The notes under the pieces are model-generated. The model was not told where the DNA came from. It was given only the letters and a program-made list of their open reading frames with translations, and searched no databases. A stretch of 53,718 nt of DNA from Euglena gracilis (taxonomy: Eukaryota): assembly GCA_039621445.1 (NCBI GenBank), contig CP154954.1, positions 34,755,737-34,809,454 on the forward strand, read 5' to 3'. Each line of letters opens with the position of its first letter. The first letter of the stretch is position 1. Below, piece by piece: positions 1 to 11,066 of the stretch. The position numbers and the translations under genes are program-made.

Positions 1-157
1 GGCCAAATAATAGCTGGCGCGAGGGGCCAACGTTCTGACAACTGTAGGCAGCTGGCATGCCCGGACGCCGGGTTTACGACAAAACTGGCTTCCACACCCC
101 TTTTTTGAATATAAAAATTCTTCTTTTCTGTTTTTTTTGGGGGGGTCTTCTTAAGTA

Positions 158-471
158 CCAATACCCCCCCCTAAATGACCCCCCTCTTGTCCCGGCCCAG
201 ACCCCGGAGGGTCACTTAGGGGGGGGGTCACTTAGGGGGGGGGGTCGGGAAAAAAGGGTCTCGGACACCCCCCCACCCCTTTTTTCGGAATTTTTTTTGT
301 GAAATTTGTGCTCTCTGGCATCATTTCTACTAGAAGGAAAACTCACGATTCTGAAAATCTCAAAAAAATCGGTCAATTTTGAAGACTTTTTCTTGAAAAA
401 TTTTCCATTGTCTGGGCCGGGACCCCGGAGGGCCATTTAGGGGGGGGTCGTTTAGGGGGGGGGGGTGATGG
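158..471. mobile_element. TA-TSD MITE (Tc1/mariner-like), CTAAATGAC subterminal family
   Basis: TA|CCAATACCCC...GGGGTGATGG|TA with inverted CCCCTAAATGACCC motifs; a related copy lies at 18873-19061. Confidence 0.7.
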
Positions 472-3455
472 TAAGTTAAAATGCTGAACAGAAGGGGAAT
501 GCAACAAGACATCTCATAAGAAATCCAAAAAGAAAAAATGCAAAAAAATGCAAATTTTTGAAGAACCATTTTCTGCTAGAATGCACTTCTTCTTCTTCTC
601 GTCTCTGAGAAAAATGATTCATCACTTTAAACCCCTTGAAAAAAAAACTTAAAAAAAAGTTTGAAAAATCTATAATTCCTGAAAAAATCCCACTTCGAAT
701 GCACCTGACACTCACAATTTTGGGACTTCCTGCCAAAATTGTTGACATATTTTGCCATATTTTTGGGCTCTTTTGCCAAAACGCCTGGGACCTTTCGCCA
801 AAATCTTTGAGACTGTTGTCAAATTTTTGAGATTTCGTTTGCAGGGACTTTCTTGCTTGGTGGACTTTTTTGCAAACACTCTAAATCCAACAAATCACTC
901 TCTGAACAAAATACTGCAACCCCACGGCTCTTTAGAGCAACACAGCAGATGTAAATCAGATCATACTCGGTGGAAATGCTTCACCCCCCCTCCCAGTGTC
1001 CCCACCAAAATGACCAAAACGTTTTGCCAAATTTGCCCCCTCAAAGAAAGTGGTCATTTGTCTTCGACGCCGAAGGTGCTGAAAACAAATTTGACCCCCC
1101 CCCAAAGTGTCCGTTTCTCTGGGCTGGCAATTTTTTTTGTGCCTGAAGGTTGGAGGGGGGTGAGACATTAGGGGGTTGGGGAACAATTGGGGGGCTCGAG
1201 GACCCCCCACCCCTAATTTTTTTGCCTGTGCAAAATTAGTTGATTTTTGTGCATAGTGGGATTCGTGATGACTTTTCTAATTTGACAAATATGAAAAATG
1301 TCGAAACAGACGTTTTTGGAGGCTTTCTCAGCCCTTTTGCAGCCTTGCCAAAATTGGTCTGTCTTGTCCCGGAGACCAATTAGCCAATTGGGGGGCGAGG
1401 AAAATGTATTTTTAGGGTACTTTTGTGCCAAAAATGGGCATTTTAGGCAAATGAGTACAAAAAATTTTCGACTGGCTAGCTCTGCCAGTGGACCCTCCAT
1501 CCTGAGTCCTGTGTTTAAAAATGCAAGGCTCAGGACAGACAGTATGCGTCTGACAAACAGACAGAAAGAGACAGTATGCGTCAAAATAGCAGTTTTTGGT
1601 GCAGAAGATGTCCTCCAAATTATCCTCAGTCAGACGGCAATAACACCCTCTTGGTCCACGGGCTGTATGTGTCGCATTCAACCCGGCACAGCTGGAATGT
1701 TTTGCTTTAAGAAAAAAACATGTTTTTTGAAAAATCTTTTAAAAAAGCATCTGTTTTGGCTTCGTTTTGAACGAGCTGCCAGCTTCGCTGGGGTTTGGAT
1801 GGACAAGGATTCCAAAAAACACACTGCAGGCAAAGGGGAACAAAAAAAATTGGAAGTCCCCAAAAAAATGCAAAAAAGCTCCAAAACTGCCAGAACAGGG
1901 AATCCCAAATCTCTGTCAAAACAACTCTCTTCATTTTCAAAAAAGTTCCAAAATTTTTGGCAAAATGTCCAAATTATGGCAAAAAGTACAAAAATGTTTT
2001 CTAAAAGGTACAAAAATTATTGGCAAAAGCACCAAAAATTATGGCAAAACATCCCAGAAACTGCGAGTGTTAGGTGTAAAACAGGGCCTAAACACCGCTG
2101 CCACCATCACCTGCTTTTACTGTCCATCATAATGGGAGCATAACCCCCCAAATAATCTTGACCCGACTTCGGCTGCCCAAAAATATGCCCCCTCCCTGCC
2201 ACACCCAAGAGAGGGAAACAAAGCAAGGCAGAAAAGCATGAATTTTCATCAAAAAAACAACAACAAAAAACAGCATATTTGGGTCAAAATGATTGATCAC
2301 AAATTTGAGGCAGTAGGCAACCTAAAATAAAACGTCAAAAATGTGCAAAAGTTAGATATATGTAAAAATCTGCTTTGGGGGGGCCTTTTTTGATTATTAA
2401 TTTCAAACGGGGGAGTTACATTAATTCAAAAAAATATTTTTTTCAAACACACCATTCTGCAAGCGACACGGCGTACACACGCTCCTTCGTTCTTGAAATT
2501 AAGCCGGCTGCATGCTGAACAAAAACAATCACCCCCTTTCACTGAGGTGGTGACAATAATGTCAGCCTGATTACATACAAAAATTATCATAGGAATTTCA
2601 ATTTCGAAAGACAAAAATACAGAAATACAAAAATGAATTTGTAAACTACCATACATTGAAAAGGCGAAAGAGTTTTGGGGTTTCGCTATCAGCCCCTTCA
2701 GGAGGACTGTGTTTCCAATCATTTGCACCACACATCGGGGAGCAGCCCCCTCCCCCCGCACGGATCCCGGGCAGCCTGGGTTGGTTTTGGCACAAAGCGC
2801 CAATATTTTTGGGGAGTGCCTTTAGATGGCACGTAATTTTGAGGGTGGGTCTTGCACTGGTGGGTGGGTGGTGGGGCCCCTTGGTGCTGAGCTGTTTGCA
2901 CGTGGAAAGAACAATTGACAAATGCACTCGGGTCGGGTGCATGATGTTCAATTTCCCATGTGGCACACCCCTCCTTGAACTTCCAACAAGGGGGAATAAG
3001 GCCCAACCAGCCAGCATCTAGCCAACAAAAAAAAATGGGGGGTGACAAAAAGAGTATGCCAAAGGAATTTTGTTGGCCTGGCAAAAAAACCCTTTGTCGG
3101 AAGGAACAACAAGGGACAGCAAGGAGGGGAGACAATGAGGGGGAGGGGGAGTGGTCAACAAAAATGACCAAAGAATGACATTTTCTAAGGCTCTTTGAGG
3201 GCTTGTCTCAAATTTTTGGCTGAACAATTCCGATCCAGCTGGATTTGCCGACATTAGGGTACTAGCTCAGCCCAGCCTGGCAGCTTGCCAGACCACTTCC
3301 CTTAGACACCATCCACTCCAGCAAATACCTGTTTTCCACAACTGCCCGGGGGGGGGGGGCCTGATGAAAGGGGTCCCTGGCCACTCACCACACAAACTGG
3401 GCCAGAAGCGAAGTTGGCCCCGGCCATAAACAGACACGGACGGACATTAGAGGCT

Positions 3456-3841
3456 AGGTAACCCCCCCCCAAATAATGAACCCCCCGTTTATTTTTTGGA
3501 CACCCGAAGTCGAGGTCCAGGGGGGGTTTATTATTTGGGGGGGGTTAATTATTTGGGCAAAAATTTCGAAATCAAAAATCAACCCAAAAACCCCTCCACA
3601 GGCTCCAATGGTCACTTTTTTGACATTTTTGGGCTTTTTTTTTGAAAATTGGGTGCTTTTTTGGCATATTTTCTGCACCAAATTGATCAATTTTTGTGAA
3701 TTTTTTTTGCAACATTTCTGCTAATTTTTGACTCTTTTTTTTCTTTGCCCTCACACCTGCCAGAGGGGGGGTTTATCATTTGGGCGGCCGAAGTCGGTCC
3801 TCAGGGGGGTTTATTATTTGGGGGGGTATTATTTGGGGGGT
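3456..3841. mobile_element. MITE, AAATAAT/ATTATTT subterminal family
   Basis: CCCCCCAAATAATGAACCCC at the left and repeated GGGGTTTATTATTTGGGG at the right; ends approximate. Confidence 0.5.
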
Positions 3842-6614
3842 CGCTGAGCTCTTATCTCTTTAGAGTAAGAGCGAAGCTCACCACCCCAGCGACGGGGGGT
3901 CCGACCCCCCCCCGCCCCCCAGCCCCCCTTGGTAGCATAGGTGTAGGAACAATTTTTTCCCGGGGGGGGGGGCGAGCCGAAAATTTTTTTTGGCACAACC
4001 AAAATGAATTTTTCTTTGTCCTCCTGGCCACAATGGGGCCGAGACGCTAACGTCTCTTTGAAGCCCAATGGAGCCCAGTACAATGGAGCCCAATGGAGCC
4101 CCGGACCCCCCTGTTCACTTCCGAACTGAACTGGATATGTTGACTTCCCGGAGGGGGGGAGGGGGGGGTCCGGCGCCGAAGGCGCCGAAAATTTTTTGAA
4201 AAATGCCCTTTTCGGTGTTCGCCCGTCGTTCCGTTTTCGGTTTTTTCCCGAAGTGAACAGTGAACAAGCACATCCAGGTACACGGGAGGGGGGGGGGCGG
4301 TCTCAGGACCCCCCTGTGCACTTCCGAAGTGAACTGAACAGGGGGGAGGGGGGGAGGGGGAGTCCGGGGTCCCGAAGTAGACAAGCCTCCAATGCCCCCC
4401 AAAAAACTAGAAAGCGAAATCATGGGTAGAACCCCTTTGGAAACCTCCCAACTCAACCCAACTTTCGACTTTGCAACCTGGGATGGGGGGGTTGCGAAGA
4501 AGCGTTTTTTTTCACTTTGCACAAATTGTTTTTTTCATTGAAATTGACCTGCAGAGTTTCCCCAAACTCAGCTGGTCAAGAAAATGGAGGGGGGGGACTC
4601 ATGGGGAATCGGGTTGTATTCAAACAGCCAAGGTGAAAGTGGTTTGTGGGGTCCCAAAAAAAACAATTAGTATCAAAGGAGGGGAAAAGAGTCGATTTGT
4701 GGCCAAAATTAGACATCAAGAAGTGCCATGGGTTTTAGGGAGGTGAAATGAGCATTTTCTCAAGGGCTTTATTTCGGCCGCCAAGGGCGGCCGAGACGGT
4801 AATGGATTTTGCAATTTCATTTTTCCAGAAATGTGATTTTAACTGGTAAGGTGACTGCCGAAGGCAGCCGAGATGGTAACGCCCTTTGAACCATTGATCA
4901 TGGCATTGCAAAGAAAAATATCATGCTCCTGCCAAAAATTTTTCTTTCCAAAATCCCGGGGGGGGGCGGCCGCCCCCCCCCCCCCCGACCCCCACTTTCT
5001 ACACCCCTGCTGGGTAGGTCCGGAAACCCCGCGATTATCGATGTGATTGGATTTCTTCACCAGAAAAGTTAATAGCCTATAGGTTAGGAGAAGATTTCAA
5101 GTTTCTAACGAGCCTCATTTTGTCTCTAACTCCCCGCCAGTCCGGAGATATGGTCCGAGCAAAAAAGTTGTCTACCGTTTTTTTTTCCAAAGAAATTTTG
5201 TTGGACCGGCAAAAGGGGTCATTTTGGGGGGCAAAAAATCGAAAATTTCAAAATATCTCGAAAACGCCGGGGAGTTGAAAAAAAGTAAAGAGGACCTCAT
5301 TCCACGACTTTGGGACGCCCTATCCACCGGTATGCGCGGTTTGGGCCAACGCCCCGCCTGGGCCGAGATACGGCTGTTTTGGGGTTTTGGGCCAGTTTTG
5401 CCAGTTTTGGTCATTTCGGGCCCGTTCGGGGCCCGAAACCGTAATTTGCCCGTATCTCGGGCTAGACGGGGAGTTGGGACCCAAACCAGGGGGTCAATCA
5501 TGAGGTTTAGGGGGGGGGTTTGATTGTTTTTTGAGGTTCCCGGGGTCTGGTTGTGCGATTTTGGGCCATTTTTGGGTATTCGGGGACCCCTGCGGGGGTA
5601 TGAGGGCGGATGGGCGAGGGGGGGGGTCGGGTCTGGACCAAAAATTTAGAAAAAATATTTTTCGCTCAAAAACACTTTTTTTTCACTTTGAACATCAAAA
5701 AAAGTGTTTTTGAGCGAAAAAATATTTCTGACCCAGACCCCCCCATGCCCCCCTGGGTGGGGGGCCCGACCCCCCGGCCGGTGGACTTGGCCATTTTTTG
5801 GGTCAAAAAGTCGAAATCGAAAAAGGGTCAAAAAGAAAAAATCGAAAAAAATTTTTCAAAACGTTTTTTTTGACTCAAAAAAGTATTTTTGAGCGAAAAT
5901 CTGACCCGACCCCCCCTGCCCCCCTGGGTGACCGGGGGACTGGCCATTTTTTGGGTCAAAAAGTCAAAAGAAAAGGGCCAAAAAAAAAAAATCATCCAAA
6001 AATTTTGTGCCCAAATTTTTGCCGGAAATTTTTTTCGGCCGGAAAACGGGTGGGGCACGGGCCGGGGCCCGGCCGGGCCGGGGCCCGCGGTCGGGCCGGG
6101 CCGCCGCCGTGGCCGTCCTTGCCGGGGGGCTGGCCGCTGCCGGCCGGACGGCCGCCCGGGCGCCGGGCCCCGGGCCCCACCGGCCCGGCCCCAACCGGGC
6201 CGGTGGTGGCGCCCGCTCACCCACATGAATCGCTGAGCTCTTGTCTCTTTAGAGTAAGAGCGAAGCTTACCACCTCCCCCCCCCAGACCCCCCCCCGACC
6301 CCCCCGCCCCCACCCCCCCCCTGAGCAGGCCCGGGCACCCGCGGATTATCGATGCGACCTGATTTCCGGACTCGAGAAGTTAATGGCCTATAGGTTAGCA
6401 GAGGGTCCCTAGTTTGTCCAGAGCCCGCACTTTGCCCCCAACTCCCCACCAGTCCGGAGATCTGGCCCGAGCAAAAAAGTTGTGTACCGTTATTTTTTCC
6501 AAAGAACTTTTGTTGGACCGGCAAAAGGGGGTTATTTTTGGGGTCAAAAAAATCGAAAATTCAAAATATCTCGAAAACACTGGGGAGTTGAGAAAAAGTA
6601 AAGAGTACCTCATT

Positions 6615-6829
6615 GGGGTGGTTCGGGACGCGGGGGGGGACGCGGGGGGGGACGCGGGGGGGACGCGGGGGGGAACTGTGGCCCGACAACCCCCCACATT
6701 TTCTTTGGTGTTACCCAAATTTGTATGTAATTTTCCTTTGGTCAACCAAAAAAATGTGCCTAGCCAAAATCCGGGACGCGGGGGGGACGCGGGGGGGGAC
6801 GCGGGGGGGACGCGGGGGGAACACCCCCC
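6615..6829. mobile_element. MITE with GGACGCGGGGGG subterminal repeats, about 4-bp TSD
   Basis: CATT|GGGGTGGTTC...GAACACCCCCC|CATT; a second copy near 17729-17944 has TSD CGTG. Confidence 0.7.
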
Positions 6830-7340
6830 ATTCCACAACTTTGGGTATGCGCGGTTTGGGCCAACTCCCCGCCTTGGTCGAGATATGGCCGTTTTGTCGT
6901 TTTGCCAGGGGGGGGGGGACTCTGCCAAAAACGGGTCATTTTTGGGGTCAAAAAATAGAAAAATTTCAAAATATCTCGAAAACGCTGGGGAGTTGAGAAA
7001 AAGTAAAGAGTACCTCATTCCACAACTTTGGGACGCCCTACCCACCGGTATGCGCGGTTTGGGCCAACTCCCCGCCTGGGCTGAGATATGGCCGTTTTTT
7101 GGTTTCGCCGTCAGGGGACTCTGCCATTTGGAGCCCAAAACGGGCCAAAAAACCAGTTTTTGCAAAATATCTCCAAAATGGTGGGGACTTGAAAAAAATG
7201 TCCGGAGACCTAAATTGAAGCCCTTGGAACACCCTATCTACTGGTATTTTGATTTCCCCGCAACTCCCTGCCCAGCCCGAGTTTTGTCCATTTTCCGCCA
7301 ATTTGGACCATTTTGTACACTTTTTCCACAGTCCGAGTTA

Positions 7341-7518
7341 CCCCCCCCCCCCTTATTGTCCCCCCCCCCATATTGTCCCTCGGCCCCGGCCGACGGGGGG
7401 TTTTTTTTGGCTCGGCCAATGAAATTCCTTTGGTACCCCCTTGTTGTCCCCCCCCCCTTATTGTCCGGTCGGGCCTCCCGGGGGGACGTCGGTGGGACAA
7501 TAGGGGGGGGGGGGGTGG
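7341..7518. mobile_element. TA-TSD MITE, ATTGTC/GACAAT family
   Basis: TA|CCCCCC..TTATTGTCCC...GGGACAATAGGGG..GTGG|TA; a homologous copy is split at 18288-18315 and 18753-19074. Confidence 0.7.
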
Positions 7519-7639
7519 TAGGCGTTTTCGAAAGTCGAAAAAAATTGAAATTTTTCTTGCCCAAAAGCATGTTTTTTGGCTTCCTGAACCCGGAAAAGGT
7601 GTTTTCGAGCCGAAAATTGGCGGTTTTCGACCCCCAGCC

Positions 7640-7970
7640 CATCATGGCCATCATGGTCATGATGCGCATCATGGCCATGATGCGCATCATGACCCATGAT
7701 GGCCATCCTGACACATGATGCATATCATGACCAATGATGGCCATCGAGACCAATGATGGCCATCGTGACCAATGATGGCCATCGTGACCAATGATGGCCA
7801 TGATGACCCATGATGCGCATCACGACCCATGATGGCCATCATGACCCATGATGGCCATCATGACCCATGATGCACATCATGACCCATGATGGCCATCATG
7901 ACCAATGATGCCCATGATGACCCATGATGCGCATCATGACCATTGATGGCCAATGATGCCCATGATGACC
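7640..7970. repeat. CAT/ATG-rich minisatellite (about 21-bp unit, like ATGACCCATGATGGCCATC)
   Basis: Degenerate tandem units are directly visible. Confidence 0.85.
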
Positions 7971-8474
7971 CAAAAATCGAAGGGGGTGGTTCGGGTCAGG
8001 GGGGGGGGTCACAGGGGGGGTCATGGGGGGGGGGTCACGGGGGGAACACCACATTTTTGGTGGCAAAATTAGGAATCACTGAGCCGGAATTTTTGGGGAA
8101 AATTCCACAAATTAGGAATACCCACACCTGAAATTAGGATTTTGACACCAAATTAGGAATCACCAAGCCAAGCCAAAATTGAAAATTTTACACCTCAAAA
8201 TTAGGAATCTGCCTGACAAATTTATCAAATTAGTCATCACCGGCCAAAAAAATTCCCCACAAAATTTCGCGGAAAAGGGTCCTTGTTCGGGTCACGGGGG
8301 GGTCACGGGGGGGTCAAGGGGGGGGGGTCACGGGGGGAACACCCCCAAAAATTTCAAAATAGCTCGAAAACGCTGCGGAGTTGAGGAAAAGTGATGGGGA
8401 CGTCATTCCACAACTTTGGGACGCCCGATCGATCGGTATGCGCGGTTTTCGGCCAACTCCTCGCCTAGCCCAAG

Positions 8475-8927
8475 GGAGGCTAGGCGCGCCGCTCGGGGGG
8501 GGGGGGGGTCCGGGGCCCCCCCCCCCCCCCCCTGCGCGGCCCCTGCGCGGCCGCCCGCGCGGCCGCTCGCCCCCCTGGACCCCCCTCCCCCCACTGTGCC
8601 TAGCATAGCCAAGAAAAAAAATTTTCGTGAAAAAAATCGCGATTTTTGAGGCCCAAAAATGACCAAAAATGTCCATTTTCGGACACAAAATGGCAAATTT
8701 GGGGGCCGCGCGCTCTGCGCGCGGCCAAAAAAGCACTTTTTTGTCAAAAATGGCCCAAAAATGGCAAAAAATGACCACTTTTTGGACCCGAAAATCACCG
8801 ATTTTAGGATGTGTTCCGCCCGCGCGGCCGCCCTCGGCCCCCCCCCCCCCCCCCCCCCCGCGCGGCCGCCCGCGCGGCCGCTCGTCCCCCCCTGGACCCC
8901 CCCCTCCCCCCACTGTGCCTAGCCTCC
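8475..8927. mobile_element. MITE with GGAGGCTAGGC TIR, 3-4 bp TSD
   Basis: CAAG|GGAGGCTAGGC...GCCTAGCCTCC|CAAG; removal restores the host repeat GCCCAAGATACGG; a near-identical copy lies at 29578-30002. Confidence 0.85.
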
Positions 8928-9240
8928 CAAGATACGGCTGTTTTGGGGTTTGGGGCCAGTTTGGCCAGTTTTGGCCATTTCGGCCCCATTCGGGGCCCGA
9001 AACCGTAATTTGCCCGTATCTCGGGCTAGACGGGGAGTTGGGACCCAAACCAGGGGGTCAATCATGAGGTTTGGGGGGGTTGATTGTTTTTTGAGGTTCC
9101 CGGGGTCTGGTTGTGCGATTTTGGGGCCATTTTTGGGTATTCGGGGACCCCTGCAGGGGTTCGAGGTCTGCCGGGCTGGGGGTCAAGAAATCAAAATTTT
9201 CAAAATATCTCGAAAACGCTGCGGAGTTGATGGAAAGTTA

Positions 9241-9490
9241 CCGGAGGGATGAAAATACCGCTCAGCATTGATTACCGATTGGATTAATTCCGCTCACTGG
9301 GCGAGTTTCCGTAACTGGCGATCTGGGCATTTTTCTGGCACGGCGGCCAGGATCGAGCAAAAATTAATCTGGATCGCGGAGTGCATTTTTTATGTCTCGC
9401 ATCGTAACGATCAAGCGTATGGGAGGCTTTATTAAAGAGCGGTATTAATCCATTCGGTATTACTACCGAGCGGTATTTTAATCCCCCCGG
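9241..9490. mobile_element. TA-TSD MITE
   Basis: TA|CCGGAGGGATGAAAATACCGCTC...GAGCGGTATTTTAATCCCCCCGG|TA. Confidence 0.75.
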
Positions 9491-10254
9491 TATGGCGACC
9501 TCATTTGACGACTTTGGAACTCCCTATCGATCGGTATGCGCGGTTTGGCAACTCCTCGCCTAGCCCGAGATACGGCCATTTTAAGGGTTTTGGGCCAGTT
9601 TTGCCAGTTCTGGCCATTTCGAGGCCCGAAACCGTAAATTGGCCGTATCTCGGGCTAGACGAGGAGTTGGGACCCAAACCAGGGGGTCAATCATGAGGTT
9701 TAGGGGGGGGGTTGCGTTTGTCTTTTGCGGTTCCCGGGGGCAGAGGTAACAAATCCTGGGCCAGCCGAAATAGCCGGTGTTGTCCACGTTGTGAGCGCTG
9801 CTGCGAAATGCCCCTTCTACAGCCCGTGTGAAGGGCAAGAGACCATGGCGGTGACACCGGGGGCCGCCTTTTGGGGGGGGGGGTGTTTCCGTGGTTAACC
9901 TCCGCGCTTTGTGGGTTGTGGCCGTCTTAGTCTTGGTTTTGCTCGCTTTTGGTGTGGTCTGCGGCCTCCTCCACGCAGCCGGCTGGCCGGTTGGCCGGCT
10001 GGCCGGCTAGCCGGCCGGGTCTTTGGAAGCGCACGGCTCGGCACGGCTCGGCACGGCTCGGCACGGCTCGCGCGTGTCTCGCGTGTGTCGTGCTCGCGCG
10101 TCGCCCGTGCGAGCGCGTCGCCCGTGTCGGCGTGCTGTTCTTTGCCGTCGGGACGGGTCACCGCGAGCCGTTGCACCCGCCTGTCAATGTTTGGTTTGAC
10201 TTCGATTCTCGCTGGCCTTGCCCTGAGGGGCGTGGGCCCTTTTGTCTTTTTTTC

Positions 10255-10910
10255 CTTGTACGAGAAACATTGCTTTCGTTTCCGAAGGCGTCCGCAGCGG
10301 GCCCCGATGGGTTGAGACCGCAGCATTTGCAAAACATTGTGCGGGTGGAATGCAGGAGCAGCGCCTCTCGTGCTGTCAGCATTGAGCTCCTTCACCAAGG
10401 CAGCGCTCGAAGGGACACTGCCGCCGTCAGCCATGCTCTGCATCGCTGATCCCTTTGAAGAAACCGGGTCCCGGCGGCAACATCAAATATCCGCCCAGTG
10501 GCCGTCGGGAACACAGTACGCCGGTTTGTGGGGAAGTTTGACATGAATTCCGCAGTGGTGAAGCAACGTGCAGCAGATTTGCTACCAAATCAAAGTGGGG
10601 TGGCAATGGATGGAGCCTGTGAGACCATCGCCCAAGGACTGCAGTCCTTGACGCAGAACACACACGGGGAGGCGTGGGCCATCTTGCAGGTCCACCTCCA
10701 GAACGCCTTCAATGCGGTGGATCGGCAAGCTCTGTTGGATGCTGTGCGTTCACGTGCACCGGAATTGGAAGCCTGGGCTCGCCTGTCATATGCGTCACAC
10801 TCCGCCTTGTATTCTCAAGGCCACAAGCTCACCAGTGAGCAAGGATTGCAGCAAGGTGACCCCTTGGGACCGCTCTTCTTCACCTTGACATGGCAAGATG
10901 TGGTGACAAG
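10255..10910 (+). pseudogene. Displaced central RT segment of the CRE-like element at 11067-13754
   Basis: LVRETLLSFPKASAAGPDGLRP, AVGNTVRRFVGK, QVHLQNAFN and QQGDPLGPLFF motifs, with frameshifts. Confidence 0.9.
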
Positions 10911-11066
10911 TGTGTGTGTGTGTGTGTCTGAGCTGGAGGGGCTACCTCCTGCCGGGCTCCTCTTGGTGCAGTCGGGAGCATTGAATGCGGATGGGACCCA
11001 CATTTGTCCCATCACCTTGCTCATCTTCTTGCTGCCACCCATCCAGATCCATGGGTGAGACTGCCA

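Larger units (their letters stand above)
5070..9740. repeat. Nested cluster of related non-autonomous DNA elements
   Basis: Blocks such as GCCTATAGGTTAG, AAAATATCTCGAAAAC and GGACCCAAACCAGGGGGTCAATCATGAGG recur near 5076, 6387, 6960, 8350, 9040 and 9670, with younger MITEs inserted into them. Confidence 0.7.

Noticed and set aside
6414-7718. 434-aa ORF, and the 281-aa ORF at 1298-2143
   Set aside because: They run across MITE or AT-skewed repeat sequence, are low complexity and show no domain motifs.
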